A stretch of 64,000 nt of DNA from Candidatus Dormiibacterota bacterium (GTDB lineage: Bacteria > Chloroflexota > Dormibacteria > Aeolococcales > Aeolococcaceae): positions 78,934 to 142,933 of the forward strand of contig CAVPXI010000007.1 in NCBI GenBank assembly GCA_963709585.1. Reading direction: 5' to 3'. The position numbers and the translations under genes were made by a program. Under the pieces are notes generated by a model, which saw only the letters and a program-made list of their open reading frames with translations, was not told the DNA's origin and ran no database searches. Every line of letters begins with the position of its first letter. Within the stretch, counting starts at the first letter, position 1. Of the stretch, positions 36,331 through 47,594 are shown one piece after another.

Positions 36331-37437
36331 TTGACCGCCACGCCGGTTGCGGAGGCATCCGCAGGGCATCGGCGCGCCACCATCCATCCGCTGCGCGTGC
36401 AGGCTGTGGAGCCGCTCACCGACGATTCCGTGGTGATCGAGTTCGAGGTCCCCCCCGAGCTCGGGAGCGAGTTCGCGTTCATCCACGGGCAGCACGTCTC
36501 CCTCCGGTGCGAGGCGGCCGGAGACGACACCAGACGCAGCTATTCGATCTGCAGCGCCGCCGGATCGGGACGGCTACGGGTGGCCGTGAAACGGCTCCCG
36601 GGCGGGATCTTTTCCGCGTTCGCGATGGAACAACTCAGCGCCGGCGATGTCGTCGAGGTCGTGACCCCGATCGGCCACTTCAATACGCCACTCGATCCGA
36701 GCCATACGACCTCGTACGCAATGATCGCGGCGGGAAGCGGGATCGCGCCCATCCTGTCCAACGTCACCACCATTCTCGCCGTCGAACCGCGCAGCACCGT
36801 CACGCTCATCTATGGCAACCGGACAGTCAAGGACATCATGTTCCTCGAGGAGCTCGAGGACCTCAAGAACCGGTACCCGGAACGGTTCGCCCTGTACCAC
36901 GTGCTCTCGCGCGAGGAGCAGGAGGTGCCGCTCTTTCACGGGCATATCGACGCTGAGCGGCTGAACATGTTCCTCGACCAGCTGGTGCGGCCCGAGGACG
37001 TGGACGAGTGGTTCCTCTGCGGGCCGCGAGAGATGATCAAGTCGACACGCGGCGTGCTCGTCGAGCGCGGTGTCGACGCGGACCACGTGCACGCCGAGCT
37101 GTTCCACGCGAAGGACGCAAAACCCCCACGCATCGGCGAGCAGCACGTCGCGGCAGGCGCGGCCGAGGTGACGATCATTCTCGACGGACGCAGCTCGACA
37201 TTCCCCGTCGATCCGGATGGCGAACGGATCCTCGACGCCGCGCTGCGCGTGCGTTCGGACGCGCCGTACGCGTGCAAGGGCGGTGTCTGCGGCACCTGTC
37301 GCGCGAAGCTGGTCAGCGGCAGCGTCGAGATGGACCAGCACTTCGCGCTCGAGCAGCGCGAGATCGACGCCGGCTTCGTGCTCGCGTGCCAATCGCATCC
37401 CACCACCCCGAAGGTCGTTCTCGACTTCGACCAGTGA
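36331..37437 (+). CDS. paaE: Phenylacetyl-CoA epoxidase reductase subunit PaaE (FNR-like + 2Fe-2S ferredoxin)
   Basis: ORF 36286..37437. TTG at 36331 lies 10 nt after AAGGAG (tentative start). RSYSICS FAD motif, GSGIAP NAD motif, and C-terminal CKGGVCGTCRAKL 2Fe-2S motif. Confidence 0.85.
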   Translation: MTATPVAEASAGHRRATIHPLRVQAVEPLTDDSVVIEFEVPPELGSEFAFIHGQHVSLRCEAAGDDTRRSYSICSAAGSGRLRVAVKRLPGGIFSAFAMEQLSAGDVVEVVTPIGHFNTPLDPSHTTSYAMIAAGSGIAPILSNVTTILAVEPRSTVTLIYGNRTVKDIMFLEELEDLKNRYPERFALYHVLSREEQEVPLFHGHIDAERLNMFLDQLVRPEDVDEWFLCGPREMIKSTRGVLVERGVDADHVHAELFHAKDAKPPRIGEQHVAAGAAEVTIILDGRSSTFPVDPDGERILDAALRVRSDAPYACKGGVCGTCRAKLVSGSVEMDQHFALEQREIDAGFVLACQSHPTTPKVVLDFDQ

Positions 37438-37450
37438 TCGAGGATCCTGG

Positions 37451-38422
37451 TCAGACGATCGGGGTCAGCCAGTCCGCGTAGCGGTCGTTCTCGCCCTTGC
37501 AGACGCCGAAGTAGAGGTCCTGGAGCTTGCGGGTCAGCGGCCCGGGCGACCCCGAGCCGATCGCGCGCTGATCGATCTCGATGACCGCCGAAACCTCGGC
37601 GCCGGTGCCGCAGAGCAGGACCTCGTCGGCAACGTACAGCTCACTGCGGTCGATGGTGCGTTCGACGACCTCGACGCCGAGTTCGTCACGCGCAAGGGTC
37701 ATCAGCACCGAGCGCGTGATGCCCTCGACGATGTTCTCCGATGCCGGCGGCGTGATCAGCGTCCCGCGCCGGAGGATGAACAGGTTCTCCGCACTCCCCT
37801 CACAGACGTGGCCCTCCTGGGTCATGAGGATCGCCTCGTCGAACCCGTTGAGAAACGCCTCTGTCTTGGCCAGCGCGCTGTTGATGTAGATGCCCGTCGC
37901 CTTGGACCGCGCCGGCGCGACGTTGTCGTCGATGCGCCGCCAGCTCGAGACCTGACAACGAATCCCTCCGGTCGTGTCCACGTAAGCGCCGAACGGGACA
38001 GGGACGATCATGAACCCGTCGCGCAGGTTGTGAAATCGAATGCCGATCTCCTCGGTCGCCTTGTAGCAGAGCGGCCGCACGTACACGTCGGTGGTGAAGG
38101 CGTTGCGACGGAGCAGCTCGACGGTGATGTCGCACAGGTCGTCGACACTGTGGGGCAGCGCCATGTGGAGCATGCGTGCGTTGCCGGTCATGCGCGCGAA
38201 GTGATCGGCCATCCGGAAGACGTTGATGCGATGCTGCCGCTCGCTCCAGTACGCCCTGATTCCCTCGAAGCAGCCGGTCCCGTAATGGAGCGCGTGGGTG
38301 AGCAGGCCGAGATGTGCATCGCCGTACCTGCACAGCTCGCCCTCGAAGTACACCCACGTGTCCGCCTGTGCACGGCGAAGCTCGGACTGTGCGACGGGCG
38401 CCTTGGTCGGGATCTCAGTCAT
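37451..38422 (-). CDS. ilvE: Branched-chain-type (class IV) amino acid aminotransferase
   Basis: ATG at 38422 within ORF 37451..38749. HALHYGTGCFEGIRAY...VYVRP...GIYINSALAKTEA...EGSAENLF...EGITR matches the class IV aminotransferase pattern. Its substrate in this context is uncertain. Confidence 0.8.
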   Translation of the reverse strand: MTEIPTKAPVAQSELRRAQADTWVYFEGELCRYGDAHLGLLTHALHYGTGCFEGIRAYWSERQHRINVFRMADHFARMTGNARMLHMALPHSVDDLCDITVELLRRNAFTTDVYVRPLCYKATEEIGIRFHNLRDGFMIVPVPFGAYVDTTGGIRCQVSSWRRIDDNVAPARSKATGIYINSALAKTEAFLNGFDEAILMTQEGHVCEGSAENLFILRRGTLITPPASENIVEGITRSVLMTLARDELGVEVVERTIDRSELYVADEVLLCGTGAEVSAVIEIDQRAIGSGSPGPLTRKLQDLYFGVCKGENDRYADWLTPIV

Positions 38423-39641
38423 CCGCACTTGCCTGGTCGGGTGCTTCGATAAGGTCCGCGAGATGCCTGATGAAGCCGCCGGCGACGCCTCCATCAGCGA
38501 CGCGGTGATCGAAGACGAGTGAGAGCTCAACCACCGAGCGCGGCACCACGTAGTCGTCCACGACCCAGGGGCGGGTCGCGATCCGACCGACGCCGAGGAT
38601 CGCCGCCTCTGGGGGATTGATGATCGCGGTGCCTCCGTCGACGCCGAAGGCACCGAAGTTGGAGACGGTGAAGGTGCTACCTCGGAGATCGGTCGCGTCG
38701 ATGGACCCGTCGCGTGCCGCGCTCGCAAGCCGCTGGAGGTCATCGGCAATGCCTGGCAACGACTTGCTCTGCGCCTCGCGAATCACCGCAACGACGAGGC
38801 CGCGATCGGTCTGCACGGCCACCCCGAGGTGGATCGGTGTGAAGCGCACGATCTCGCTGGCCTCGGTGTCGAAATGGGCGTTGAGCCGGGGGAATTGCCG
38901 GAGCGCGATCACGCAGAGCCGCAGGATGATCGCGAAGGGTGTGACTGAGGCATCCGTGGTTCCGGGCGGCAGCTCCGCACGCAATTCCATGAGCCGGGTT
39001 GCGTCGGCGCGAACAAATGCGGTGGCGGTGGGCGCTTCGCGATGGGACCGGGTGAGCCGTTCCGCGGCGATCCGGTCGACGCCCGTGAGCGAAATGCGTT
39101 CGCCGCCCACAACTGTCGGAGGGCTTTGGTTTTCCGGTGTGGCGCCGTCGTGCCTCGAAGCACGCTCGAGGTCGGCCTGGGTCACCATGCCCCCGGGCCC
39201 GCTTCCCGCAATGGTCGCGAGGTCGACACCGAGCTCCGCAGCAAGCCGTCGAACCAGCGGCGAGGCCGGGGGTGACGGGGCGGACCGAGCCGATCCAGCC
39301 GTGCTTGCCGGCGCGACGCTCCGCCGCGAACGCGGCGCCGCTTCGCTGGTTCCGTAGCCGACGAGGACGTTCCCCGACTCCGAGGCCGCAGAGGCGCCGG
39401 CGACCTCGATGCTGATCAGCGGCTTCCCCACCGCGATCATCTCGCCCTCGGCACCATGGAGGGTGGCGACGCGTCCCGCAAACGGCGTGGGCACCTCGAC
39501 GACCGCCTTCTCGGTGGTGATCTCAGCGACCGGCTGGTCGACCGTGACCATGTCACCCTCGGCCACCAGCCAGCGGTTGACCTCCCCCTCGGTGAGCCCC
39601 TCGCCGAGGTCTGGCATGAGGAAGTCGCGAATCGCCGGCAT
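38415..39641 (-). CDS. 2-oxoacid dehydrogenase complex E2 (dihydrolipoamide acyltransferase)
   Basis: ORF track. Lipoyl domain MPDLGEGLTEGEV...ITTEKAVVEVP, a PSBD segment, and a catalytic domain ending DHRVADGG. Confidence 0.9.
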   Translation of the reverse strand: MPAIRDFLMPDLGEGLTEGEVNRWLVAEGDMVTVDQPVAEITTEKAVVEVPTPFAGRVATLHGAEGEMIAVGKPLISIEVAGASAASESGNVLVGYGTSEAAPRSRRSVAPASTAGSARSAPSPPASPLVRRLAAELGVDLATIAGSGPGGMVTQADLERASRHDGATPENQSPPTVVGGERISLTGVDRIAAERLTRSHREAPTATAFVRADATRLMELRAELPPGTTDASVTPFAIILRLCVIALRQFPRLNAHFDTEASEIVRFTPIHLGVAVQTDRGLVVAVIREAQSKSLPGIADDLQRLASAARDGSIDATDLRGSTFTVSNFGAFGVDGGTAIINPPEAAILGVGRIATRPWVVDDYVVPRSVVELSLVFDHRVADGGVAGGFIRHLADLIEAPDQASADD

Positions 39642-39644
39642 CGT

Positions 39645-40619
39645 TCAGTACTCGAGCAGTCGGGTGACCGAGTCGAGGATGCGGTCGGCGTCGGGAAGGA
39701 AGTGGCGCTCGATCTTGGCCGACGGGTATGGGACGTCGAACCCGGTCACGCGCAACACCGGGGCCGCGAGATAGCCGAACGCGCGCTCGTTCAACTCGGC
39801 GGCGATCTCCGCGCCGTATCCGACGAAACGCGCCGCCTCGTGGACCACCAGAGCCCGTCCGGTCTTGGTGGCGCTCGCCACCAGCGTGTCCATGTCGACG
39901 GGCGACAGCGTTCGGACGTCGACCACCTCGAGCTCCCAGCCATGCTCCTCGTCGGCGCGCGTGGCCGCCTCCATCGCGGTGGTCACCATCGGTCCGTAGG
40001 CGATGACCGTCGCAGTCGTCCCGGTGCGGCGCACGACCGCCTCGCCGATCGGCGGGGCGGTCACCGGCAGCTCGAGGTCCTCCTTCAACCAGTAGCGGCG
40101 CTTCGGCTCGAGAAAGATGACCGGGTCGTCGAAGGCGATCGACGCGCGCAGCAGCGCGTAGGCGTCTGCGGGCGTCCCCGGCGAGACGACCGTGAGCCCC
40201 GCGGTGTGCGCGTAATAGGCCTCGGGACTTTCCGAATGGTGCTCGACGGCGCCGATGCCGCCCCCGTATGGGATGCGGATCACCATCGGCAAACCGACAC
40301 GGCCGCGGGTCCGGTTGCGGTACTTGGCGACGTGGCTGATCACCTGGTTGAGCGCGGGGTACGAGAAGCCGTCGAACTGCATCTCCACCACCGGACGCAG
40401 CCCGTAGATCGCCATGCCGATCGCCGTCCCCGCGATGCCCGACTCTGCGACCGGGGTGTCGAAGCAGCGGTCGGTGCCCATCTCCGCCTGGAGTCCGTCG
40501 GTGATGCGGAACACACCGCCCAGCTTGCCGACGTCCTCGCCGTAGACGACCACGGAGTCGTCGTCGCGCATCGAGTCGCGAAGGGCGGCGTTGAGGGCAC
40601 CGGCCATGGTCAGGTCCAT
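39645..40619 (-). CDS. 2-oxoacid dehydrogenase E1 component beta subunit
   Basis: ORF track. DSVVVYGEDVGKLGGVFRIT...DTPVAESGIAG matches the transketolase-like pyrimidine-binding domain pattern. Confidence 0.9.
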   Translation of the reverse strand: MDLTMAGALNAALRDSMRDDDSVVVYGEDVGKLGGVFRITDGLQAEMGTDRCFDTPVAESGIAGTAIGMAIYGLRPVVEMQFDGFSYPALNQVISHVAKYRNRTRGRVGLPMVIRIPYGGGIGAVEHHSESPEAYYAHTAGLTVVSPGTPADAYALLRASIAFDDPVIFLEPKRRYWLKEDLELPVTAPPIGEAVVRRTGTTATVIAYGPMVTTAMEAATRADEEHGWELEVVDVRTLSPVDMDTLVASATKTGRALVVHEAARFVGYGAEIAAELNERAFGYLAAPVLRVTGFDVPYPSAKIERHFLPDADRILDSVTRLLEY

Positions 40620-41737
40620 CAGCTCTGCTCGGCCGCCTGCAATTCCTGCGCGAGCAGCGCCCGCTGACTGTCCAGCTGGGCGGTGGGCGTGGCGTAGACA
40701 TGGTCGAACATCTCGCGCGGATCGCCGGCCGGAGCGCCGAAGAGAAAGTCACGCATGCGCGCTGCGGTCGCCTCGCCTTCGGCTTCGACCTCCGAGAGGA
40801 ACGCGTCGTCGACGACGCCGCCCTCACGCAGCACCGCGAGGAAGCGTTCGACGGGATCCCGGGCGCGCCACTCGGCAGCCTCGTCGTCGCTGCGGTACCG
40901 GCTCGTGTCGTCAGCCGTGGTGTGCGCCTCGAGCCGGTAGGTCACGGCTTCGACGAGCGTCGGCCCGTCACCACGACGGGCACGGTCGACTGCCGTCTTC
41001 ACGGCTCCGTAGACCGAGACGACGTCGTTGCCGTCAACGCGGATGCCCGGCATGCCGACGCCCGCCGCGCGCAACGCGATCGACGAGGTCCTGGTCTGGA
41101 GGCGATACGGAACGCTGATCGCGTACCCGTTGTTCTGGACGACGAACACGACCGGAGCCCCGCTCACACCGGCAATGTTCAGCGCTTCGTGGGCGTCACC
41201 CTCGCTGGCGGCTCCGTCGCCGAAGAAGGTCAACGCGACGATCGGATCGTGCTTGATCCGCGCGGCCATCGCGAGACCGACCGCGTGCAACGCCTGAGTG
41301 GCCAGCGGAGTCGTCAGCGGAGCGACCCGGTACCGATAGGGGTCGAAGCCGCAGTGCCAGCTTCCCGAGAAGAGCGCGAGGAGCTCGACGACGTCGACCC
41401 CACGGGCGAACGTCCCCACCGTCTCGCGGTAGGTTGGAAAGAGCCAGTCGTCCGTCTCGAGCGCGAAGACCGCGCCGACCTGCGCCGCCTCCTGGCCGTG
41501 GCTCGAGGCGAAGACACCGAGCGCTCCCTGGCGGGTGAGGTTGATCGCCTGGCGATCGACCCGCCGGCTCAGCGCCATCAAGCGGTAGAGGGCGCGGAGC
41601 TGCTCCGTGGTCAGGTCGACGTCGTGGGACCGCGCGGCGCCGAGATCCCCCTCAGCGGCGACGTCCTGCCAGATCGCCGTCGACGGCCCCGGAAATGAGG
41701 ACGGTCCGCTGGTCGCCGACGACACCTCCACACTCAC
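40619..41737 (-). CDS. 2-oxoacid dehydrogenase E1 component alpha subunit (ThDP-dependent)
   Basis: ORF track. ThDP motif [19 protein letters not shown]...[10 protein letters not shown]. Its stop overlaps the beta-subunit ATG by 1 nt. Confidence 0.9.
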   Translation of the reverse strand: MSVEVSSATSGPSSFPGPSTAIWQDVAAEGDLGAARSHDVDLTTEQLRALYRLMALSRRVDRQAINLTRQGALGVFASSHGQEAAQVGAVFALETDDWLFPTYRETVGTFARGVDVVELLALFSGSWHCGFDPYRYRVAPLTTPLATQALHAVGLAMAARIKHDPIVALTFFGDGAASEGDAHEALNIAGVSGAPVVFVVQNNGYAISVPYRLQTRTSSIALRAAGVGMPGIRVDGNDVVSVYGAVKTAVDRARRGDGPTLVEAVTYRLEAHTTADDTSRYRSDDEAAEWRARDPVERFLAVLREGGVVDDAFLSEVEAEGEATAARMRDFLFGAPAGDPREMFDHVYATPTAQLDSQRALLAQELQAAEQS

Positions 41738-41748
41738 GTTGTTCGATC

Positions 41749-42561
<813 letters not shown>

Positions 42562-42572
42562 CTGAACGCTGA

Positions 42573-43367
42573 CTACCGGCCGGTGAAGGCGGGATTGCGC
42601 TTCTCCTGGAACGCGGCGATGCCGTCCTGGTAATCGTGCGTCCGCGACGCGCGACCCTGGGCCGCGGCCTCGGCGGCGAGCAGGTCCGCGAATGTCGGCG
42701 ATTCGTCCTGGATCATCCGGACGATGCGTTTGGACTCGAGGAAGGCGGACGTCGGACCGTGGGCAATCGTACCGGCCATCTCGCGAGTCCGGCGAACGAG
42801 GTCGGCGCCGGCGACGCTGCGGTTCACCAGGCCCCATTCCGCCGCTTCGCGTCCGGACAGCAGCCGCCCGGTATAGATCAGCTCGAGGGTGCGGTGCGGC
42901 CCGATCCGGGACACCAGGGCCACATGCGCGCCGCTGTCCAGGACTGCGCCGATGCGGGCGAACGGCGAACCGATCCGGGCGTCATCGGCGGCGTACACGA
43001 TGTCGCAGGCGAGTGCGAGGCCGAGACCGGTTCCGAGGCAGGCGCCTTGGACGGCGGCGATCGTCGGGACGGCGAGCCCGGCCATCCGCGCCATGAGCGG
43101 GTTGAACTCGTCGCGGAGGATCGCCTCGCCATCTTCGTGGGCCGGATCCGCGCTGGCGAGGTCACGTCCGCTGCAGAACGCGCGGCCCTCGCCACGAACG
43201 AGCACGGCCCGAGCCCCGGCGGTCTCCGCCGCGTCAAGGCTCTCGAGGAGCTCCCGCACCATCACGGCGCTCATCGCGTTCAGCTTGTCTGGACGATCGA
43301 GCATCAGCTCGGCAACGCCGCCCTCGATGGTCAGGCGGACCGTGCGGCCCTGCTCAGATTCCGGCAT
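42573..43367 (-). CDS. Enoyl-CoA hydratase/isomerase (PaaG/PaaF-like crotonase)
   Basis: ORF track. [10 protein letters not shown]...[12 protein letters not shown]...[22 protein letters not shown]. Confidence 0.8.
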   Translation of the reverse strand: MPESEQGRTVRLTIEGGVAELMLDRPDKLNAMSAVMVRELLESLDAAETAGARAVLVRGEGRAFCSGRDLASADPAHEDGEAILRDEFNPLMARMAGLAVPTIAAVQGACLGTGLGLALACDIVYAADDARIGSPFARIGAVLDSGAHVALVSRIGPHRTLELIYTGRLLSGREAAEWGLVNRSVAGADLVRRTREMAGTIAHGPTSAFLESKRIVRMIQDESPTFADLLAAEAAAQGRASRTHDYQDGIAAFQEKRNPAFTGR

Positions 43368-43821
43368 AGGGCGCCCGCTCCCTGGCGGTGAGAATCTTCA
43401 GCTGGCTGGCGCAGACGGTGACCCCGTTCTGGTTGAGCACGTCCCAGCGATACGAGACCAGCCCCGATTTCGCGTCGCGGTCCGACTTCTCGAGCACCTC
43501 GATGTCGAGGTAGATGGTGTCGTTGATCCACGTCGGTGCGGTGTAGCGCAGTCGATCGGTGCCGTAGTTGGCGAGGATTGTGGTCGCGTCGCTCGGTACA
43601 CCGAGACCAGTTCCGAGCGCAAACACCATGATTCCGGGCGCGACCCGCTGACCGAACATCGATCGCTCCGCCGCGACTCTGTCGATGTGGGGGTAGAACC
43701 AGTCGCCGGTCAGCGCGCACCAGTTGACGATGTCCGTCTCGGTGATGGTTCGTCCCCGGGTGCGCTGGGTCTGGCCGACCTCCAGCTCGTCGTAGGTCCG
43801 GTACAGAAGAAACCGATCCAC
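43354..43821 (-). CDS. MaoC-family hot-dog hydratase (stand-alone; like the PaaZ C-terminal domain)
   Basis: ORF track. TITETDIVNWCALTGDWFYPHIDRVAAERSMFGQRVAPG. Confidence 0.8.
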   Translation of the reverse strand: MDRFLLYRTYDELEVGQTQRTRGRTITETDIVNWCALTGDWFYPHIDRVAAERSMFGQRVAPGIMVFALGTGLGVPSDATTILANYGTDRLRYTAPTWINDTIYLDIEVLEKSDRDAKSGLVSYRWDVLNQNGVTVCASQLKILTARERAPYAGI

Positions 43822-43871
43822 CCCGATATGCCTCCGTGCGCCGGCGTGTTCGACCGGCGGGCTGGGGAAGT

Positions 43872-45182
43872 CTACGACCGGCGGTCGATCACCCGCTGGA
43901 GCTTGCCGGCCGAGCGTTCGAGGGTCTCGGGGTCGACGACCTCCACCAGGACGGTGACCCCCACCCGATCCTTGACCTCGCGAGCCAGCGCCTCCGCGGC
44001 CGGGTCGCGGCGCTCGGGAGGGCAGTCGGAGCGAGCTTCGACGCGCACCGACAGCGTGTCGAGGCGCCCCGCGCGCCCGAGGATCAGCTGGAAGTGTGGC
44101 GAGAGACCGGCGGTGCGGAGGACGAGTTCCTCGAGCTGGGTGGGAAAGACGTTGACGCCGCGCAGGATGATCATGTCGTCGCTGCGCCCGGTCACCTTCT
44201 CCATGCGCCGGAACGCCGGTCGCGCCGTCCCCGGGAGCAGCCGGGTGAGATCGCGCGTGCGGTAGCGGACCATGGGCAGCGCCTGCTTGGTCAGCGATGT
44301 GAAGACCAGCTCGCCGAGCTCGCCGTCAGGGAGCACCTCGCCAGTGACCGGGTCGATCACCTCGGGATAAAAATGGTCCTCCCAGATGTGCAGGCCATCC
44401 TTGGTCTCGACGCACTCCTGTGAGACGCCGGGACCCATGACCTCCGACAGCCCATAGATGTCCACGGCGTGCATCTCCGCGCGGCCCTCGATCTCGGCGC
44501 GCATCGCCTCGGTCCACGGTTCCGCACCGAAGATGCCGATACGCAACGAGCACGTCCGCGGGTCCACGCCCTGGCGTTCGAACTCGTCGATGAGGGCGAG
44601 CATGTACGACGGCGTCACCATGATGATCGCGGGCTCGAAGTCACGGATCAACTGCACCTGGCGCGGGGTCATCCCGCCGGAGACGGGCACGACGGTGCAG
44701 CCGAGGCGCTCAGCGCCGTAGTGCGCGCCCAGCCCGCCGGTGAACAGGCCATAGCCGTAGGCGACGTGGACGATGTCGCCGCTGCGCCCGCCGGCTGCGC
44801 GGATGGACCGCGCCATGAGGTCCGCCCAGGTGTCGAGATCGTCCTGGGTGTAGCCGACGACCGTCGGGCGCCCGGTGGTCCCGCTCGACGCGTGGACGCG
44901 GCGCACCTCTTGACGGGGGACGGCGAACATGCCGAACGGGTAGTTGTCGCGGAGATCTGTCTTGGTGGTCAAGGGAAATCGCGCGAGGTCGGCGAGCGTT
45001 TCGCAGTCTTTGGGCGTGACCCCCGCGGACTCGAATGCGCGGCGGTAATGGGGGACGTTGGCGTAGGCGTGATGCAACGACCAGCGCAGACGCTGGAGCT
45101 GCAGCTCGAGCAGGGCATCACGGCTCAGGCGTTCACCCGGATCGAGAAGCCACGGTGGCGGCGCGGTGCCCAGGCTGCTCAC
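43872..45182 (-). CDS. paaK: Phenylacetate-CoA ligase
   Basis: GTG at 45182 overlaps the paaI stop (GTGA) within ORF 43872..45389. LQLQRLRWSLHHAYANVPHYRRAFE...HASSGTTGRPTVVGYT...IFGAEPW...DIYGLSE matches the PaaK pattern. Confidence 0.9.
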   Translation of the reverse strand: MSSLGTAPPPWLLDPGERLSRDALLELQLQRLRWSLHHAYANVPHYRRAFESAGVTPKDCETLADLARFPLTTKTDLRDNYPFGMFAVPRQEVRRVHASSGTTGRPTVVGYTQDDLDTWADLMARSIRAAGGRSGDIVHVAYGYGLFTGGLGAHYGAERLGCTVVPVSGGMTPRQVQLIRDFEPAIIMVTPSYMLALIDEFERQGVDPRTCSLRIGIFGAEPWTEAMRAEIEGRAEMHAVDIYGLSEVMGPGVSQECVETKDGLHIWEDHFYPEVIDPVTGEVLPDGELGELVFTSLTKQALPMVRYRTRDLTRLLPGTARPAFRRMEKVTGRSDDMIILRGVNVFPTQLEELVLRTAGLSPHFQLILGRAGRLDTLSVRVEARSDCPPERRDPAAEALAREVKDRVGVTVLVEVVDPETLERSAGKLQRVIDRRS

Positions 45183-45577
45183 GCGCGATCCGTCCCGACC
45201 GTGCGGCTGGTACCACGGAATTCCGCGATGACGTCGTCGCCGTGGCGCACGGTCACGTCGTAGATTCCCGAGCGCCCGAAACGGGCTCGCTCGACGGCGC
45301 GGGCTTCGAGCACGTCGCCGGCACGCGACGGTGCGACAAAGGTGATGACGGCCGCGGCCGCGACCGTCATCGGGCCATGGCTGTTGCACGCACAGGCGAA
45401 CGCGGTGTCGGCGACAGCGAACACGAACGCCCCGTGGGTGATGCCGTGGCCGTTCACCATGTCCGCGCGGATCGCCATGGTGGCGGTGGCGGCGCCGACT
45501 TCGACGTCGCGCACCTCAATGCCGAGTGCCCGTGACGCGGCGTCGCCCGCGAGCATCCGGGTCACCGAATCAGTCAC
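45179..45577 (-). CDS. paaI: Hydroxyphenylacetyl-CoA thioesterase PaaI
   Basis: ORF track. Hot-dog thioesterase NGHGITHGAFVFAVADTAFA, located next to paaK. Confidence 0.85.
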   Translation of the reverse strand: MTDSVTRMLAGDAASRALGIEVRDVEVGAATATMAIRADMVNGHGITHGAFVFAVADTAFACACNSHGPMTVAAAAVITFVAPSRAGDVLEARAVERARFGRSGIYDVTVRHGDDVIAEFRGTSRTVGTDRA

Positions 45578-45616
45578 CGATCCTCCCCTGCGTGCGCTCG
45601 TGTCGCCTTCGGATGT

Positions 45617-46210
45617 TCAGATCGTTATTGTGGTGCGCTCGACAGCGGCCACCGCGCCCGGGGCGCCTCCGAGGGTCACGCGCGCCGATGCGCGTCTGCC
45701 GCCGAGATAGAGAACGAGTTCGGTTGCCGGACCGTTGAGCGTTGCCGTGCCCCCCGAGCCATACCGTCGCCGCCCACCGTCAGGACGAACCAGTTCGAGC
45801 CCGTAGGGTCGGATGCGTCGCGCGAGGCGCCGCGCAGAGAAACGGACCATCCGCCATGACAGCGCCTCGAGGTCAGCCATCGGTGCGCGTGGATCACGAC
45901 CGTTGGCGCGGCGGACGTCCTCGTGATGGATGAAGTATTCCAAGCCGTTCAACACATTTCGAATGCGCGGAAGACGCCAGGGAATCAGGGGGGCTCCGGC
46001 ACGCAGACGGGCGACCATTGCGGGAAGCCCGTTGGCTTTCTCCACCGCGCGCTGGGCGTCGGACCAGCGGTGGAAATGCTCTCGGAGTACCAGGTGTGCA
46101 GCGAGGTCGGCAGTGGTCCAGCCCTCGCACAACGTGGGTGCGTCGGGACCGAGTTCGAGCAGGAGATCGCAAAGCTCCGTGCGTTCGCGGACGTCGATCG
46201 GCGCGGTCAT
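45617..46210 (-). CDS. TIGR03085-type DinB/maleylpyruvate isomerase-family (mycothiol-dependent enzyme superfamily) protein
   Basis: ORF track. ERTELCDLLLELGPDAPTLCEGWTTADLAAHLVLRE is the characteristic N-terminus of this family. Confidence 0.75.
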   Translation of the reverse strand: MTAPIDVRERTELCDLLLELGPDAPTLCEGWTTADLAAHLVLREHFHRWSDAQRAVEKANGLPAMVARLRAGAPLIPWRLPRIRNVLNGLEYFIHHEDVRRANGRDPRAPMADLEALSWRMVRFSARRLARRIRPYGLELVRPDGGRRRYGSGGTATLNGPATELVLYLGGRRASARVTLGGAPGAVAAVERTTITI

Positions 46211-46272
46211 CGGGGTGGGCAGCGTACCTGCTCGAGGGATCCGCCTCGATGCGCCGGCGTCGGGTCCGGGGT

Positions 46273-46608
46273 TCAGCCGAAGAAGCGCCGGCGCTTCCCA
46301 ACCCCTGCCATGCGCAACACCGCGAGCAGGATGACCGCGCCCGCGAACGCGATGACGATTTCCACGATGATCGAGCGGCTCGTGATGGCGGTGGTGACCC
46401 CGAGATATCGGGCAAGAAGTCCCCCCGCCAGGGCGCCGATGATTCCGATCACGATGTCGGTGACGATTCCCTTACCGCGGCCGGTCATCACCTTGCTCGC
46501 CAGGAAGCCCGCGACCAGACCGATCAACGCCCAAACGAGGATCGAACCCGGGTCGAATGTCACGGATACCAGTGCAAGCATTGTTGGTGCGCCCTCCGCA
46601 GCCGTCAT
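46273..46608 (-). CDS. GlsB/YeaQ/YmgE-family (transglycosylase-associated) small membrane protein
   Basis: ORF track (alternative ATG at 46581). Gly-rich TM pattern ALIGLVAGFLASKVMTGRGKGIVTDIVIGIIGALAGGLL. Confidence 0.75.
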   Translation of the reverse strand: MTAAEGAPTMLALVSVTFDPGSILVWALIGLVAGFLASKVMTGRGKGIVTDIVIGIIGALAGGLLARYLGVTTAITSRSIIVEIVIAFAGAVILLAVLRMAGVGKRRRFFG

Positions 46609-46612
46609 CGAT

Positions 46613-47053
46613 TTACCTGGCGGTCGTCGCGTTACGAGCCGAGATCAGGGTGACAACCTTCACGATCGCGGTCGCCACAAGCACGTAGATGACAATGGCC
46701 AGGACGTCGGCCCACACGATCAGGTTGCCGCGAGCGGCGGTTGCCGTGTTGAAGATACCGGCGAACGGGCTCGCCAGTGCCTTGCCGACGGCGAAGACGA
46801 ACGCCGCGAAGCCGACGTCGTTCGCTCCCGAGGCATGGAAGATGAAGTCGAGAGCGAGGAACGCGACAACGATTCCGGCGATGAGCCAGACGAACTCGAC
46901 TCCCGGAGATTTGCCTGACCACACAGCGGTCCTGCTCCGGCGCACGCTCGCTCCGGTGGCTGGATCAGCAACGGTCTGGGTCGTGGTGTTGACCCCGGTC
47001 CGGTTCGATCCGTAATCCGTGACGGCTTGATCCTGGGTCTGCATGTCGGTCAT
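46613..47053 (-). CDS. Hypothetical membrane protein (about three TM segments)
   Basis: ORF track. Polar N-terminus followed by hydrophobic segments FVWLIAGIVVAFLALDFIF, FAAFVFAVGKAL and VLAIVIYVLVATAIVKVV. Lies 4 nt upstream of the GlsB-like gene. Confidence 0.6.
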   Translation of the reverse strand: MTDMQTQDQAVTDYGSNRTGVNTTTQTVADPATGASVRRSRTAVWSGKSPGVEFVWLIAGIVVAFLALDFIFHASGANDVGFAAFVFAVGKALASPFAGIFNTATAARGNLIVWADVLAIVIYVLVATAIVKVVTLISARNATTAR

Positions 47054-47170
47054 GGGGTGGCTCCTTCGTGGACGCTCGTCAGTGAAAACCGTTCCGCCTG
47101 CGGTCCCACGTGAAGTCAGTGTGTCGCGGAGAGCGCAACAATTTCAGTAACAGCGACGCATTGTGCCGTG

Positions 47171-47533
47171 CTATCCGGGAGGGACGAGCACAACCGCCGG
47201 AGCAACACCGGCGAGGCCATCGATGCGCCGGCAGGCCAACTCCCAGAAGCCCAGGCGCGATCGGAACCGTTCCGCCTGGGCAACGACGACGGGCACGTTG
47301 GTGAGCGCGACCTCCTGCCGAGCTTGCGGCGACTGATCGGCCATCAGCTCATGAATGCGCTCCAGGACCGACTCCTCCATCGCGAGGATCTCCGTGTAGA
47401 TCTCTCTCCAGAACAGCGCTTGCTCGAGCGTCGCGGTGGCAGGATCGGCTTCTCCTTCCATGCCCAGCGAGTTGTCGCCACCCCGTATCGCGGCGACCAC
47501 GTCGGGTCGCTCGTAGGCGGCGTTGTGATTCAT
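47171..47533 (-). CDS. Hypothetical protein (120 aa) sharing a helical domain with the N-terminus of the divergent wHTH regulator
   Basis: ATG at 47533 within ORF 47171..47689. ...ATLEQALFWREIYTEILAMEESVLERIHELMADQSPQ...AQAERFRSRLGFWE... aligns with 47595..47850 of the plus strand. Confidence 0.55.
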   Translation of the reverse strand: MNHNAAYERPDVVAAIRGGDNSLGMEGEADPATATLEQALFWREIYTEILAMEESVLERIHELMADQSPQARQEVALTNVPVVVAQAERFRSRLGFWELACRRIDGLAGVAPAVVLVPPG

Positions 47534-47581
47534 GGTCTTCTCATACACCCGCCGGCGTAAGAAGATCAGCAACAGCTTCCG

Positions 47582-47587
47582 TATAGT
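47582..47587 (+). promoter_or_regulatory. -10-like hexamer TATAGT placed for a leaderless transcript of the wHTH gene
   Basis: TATAGT ends 7 nt before the GTG at 47595. No SD is visible upstream of that GTG. Confidence 0.4.
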
Positions 47588-47594
47588 CTCGGCC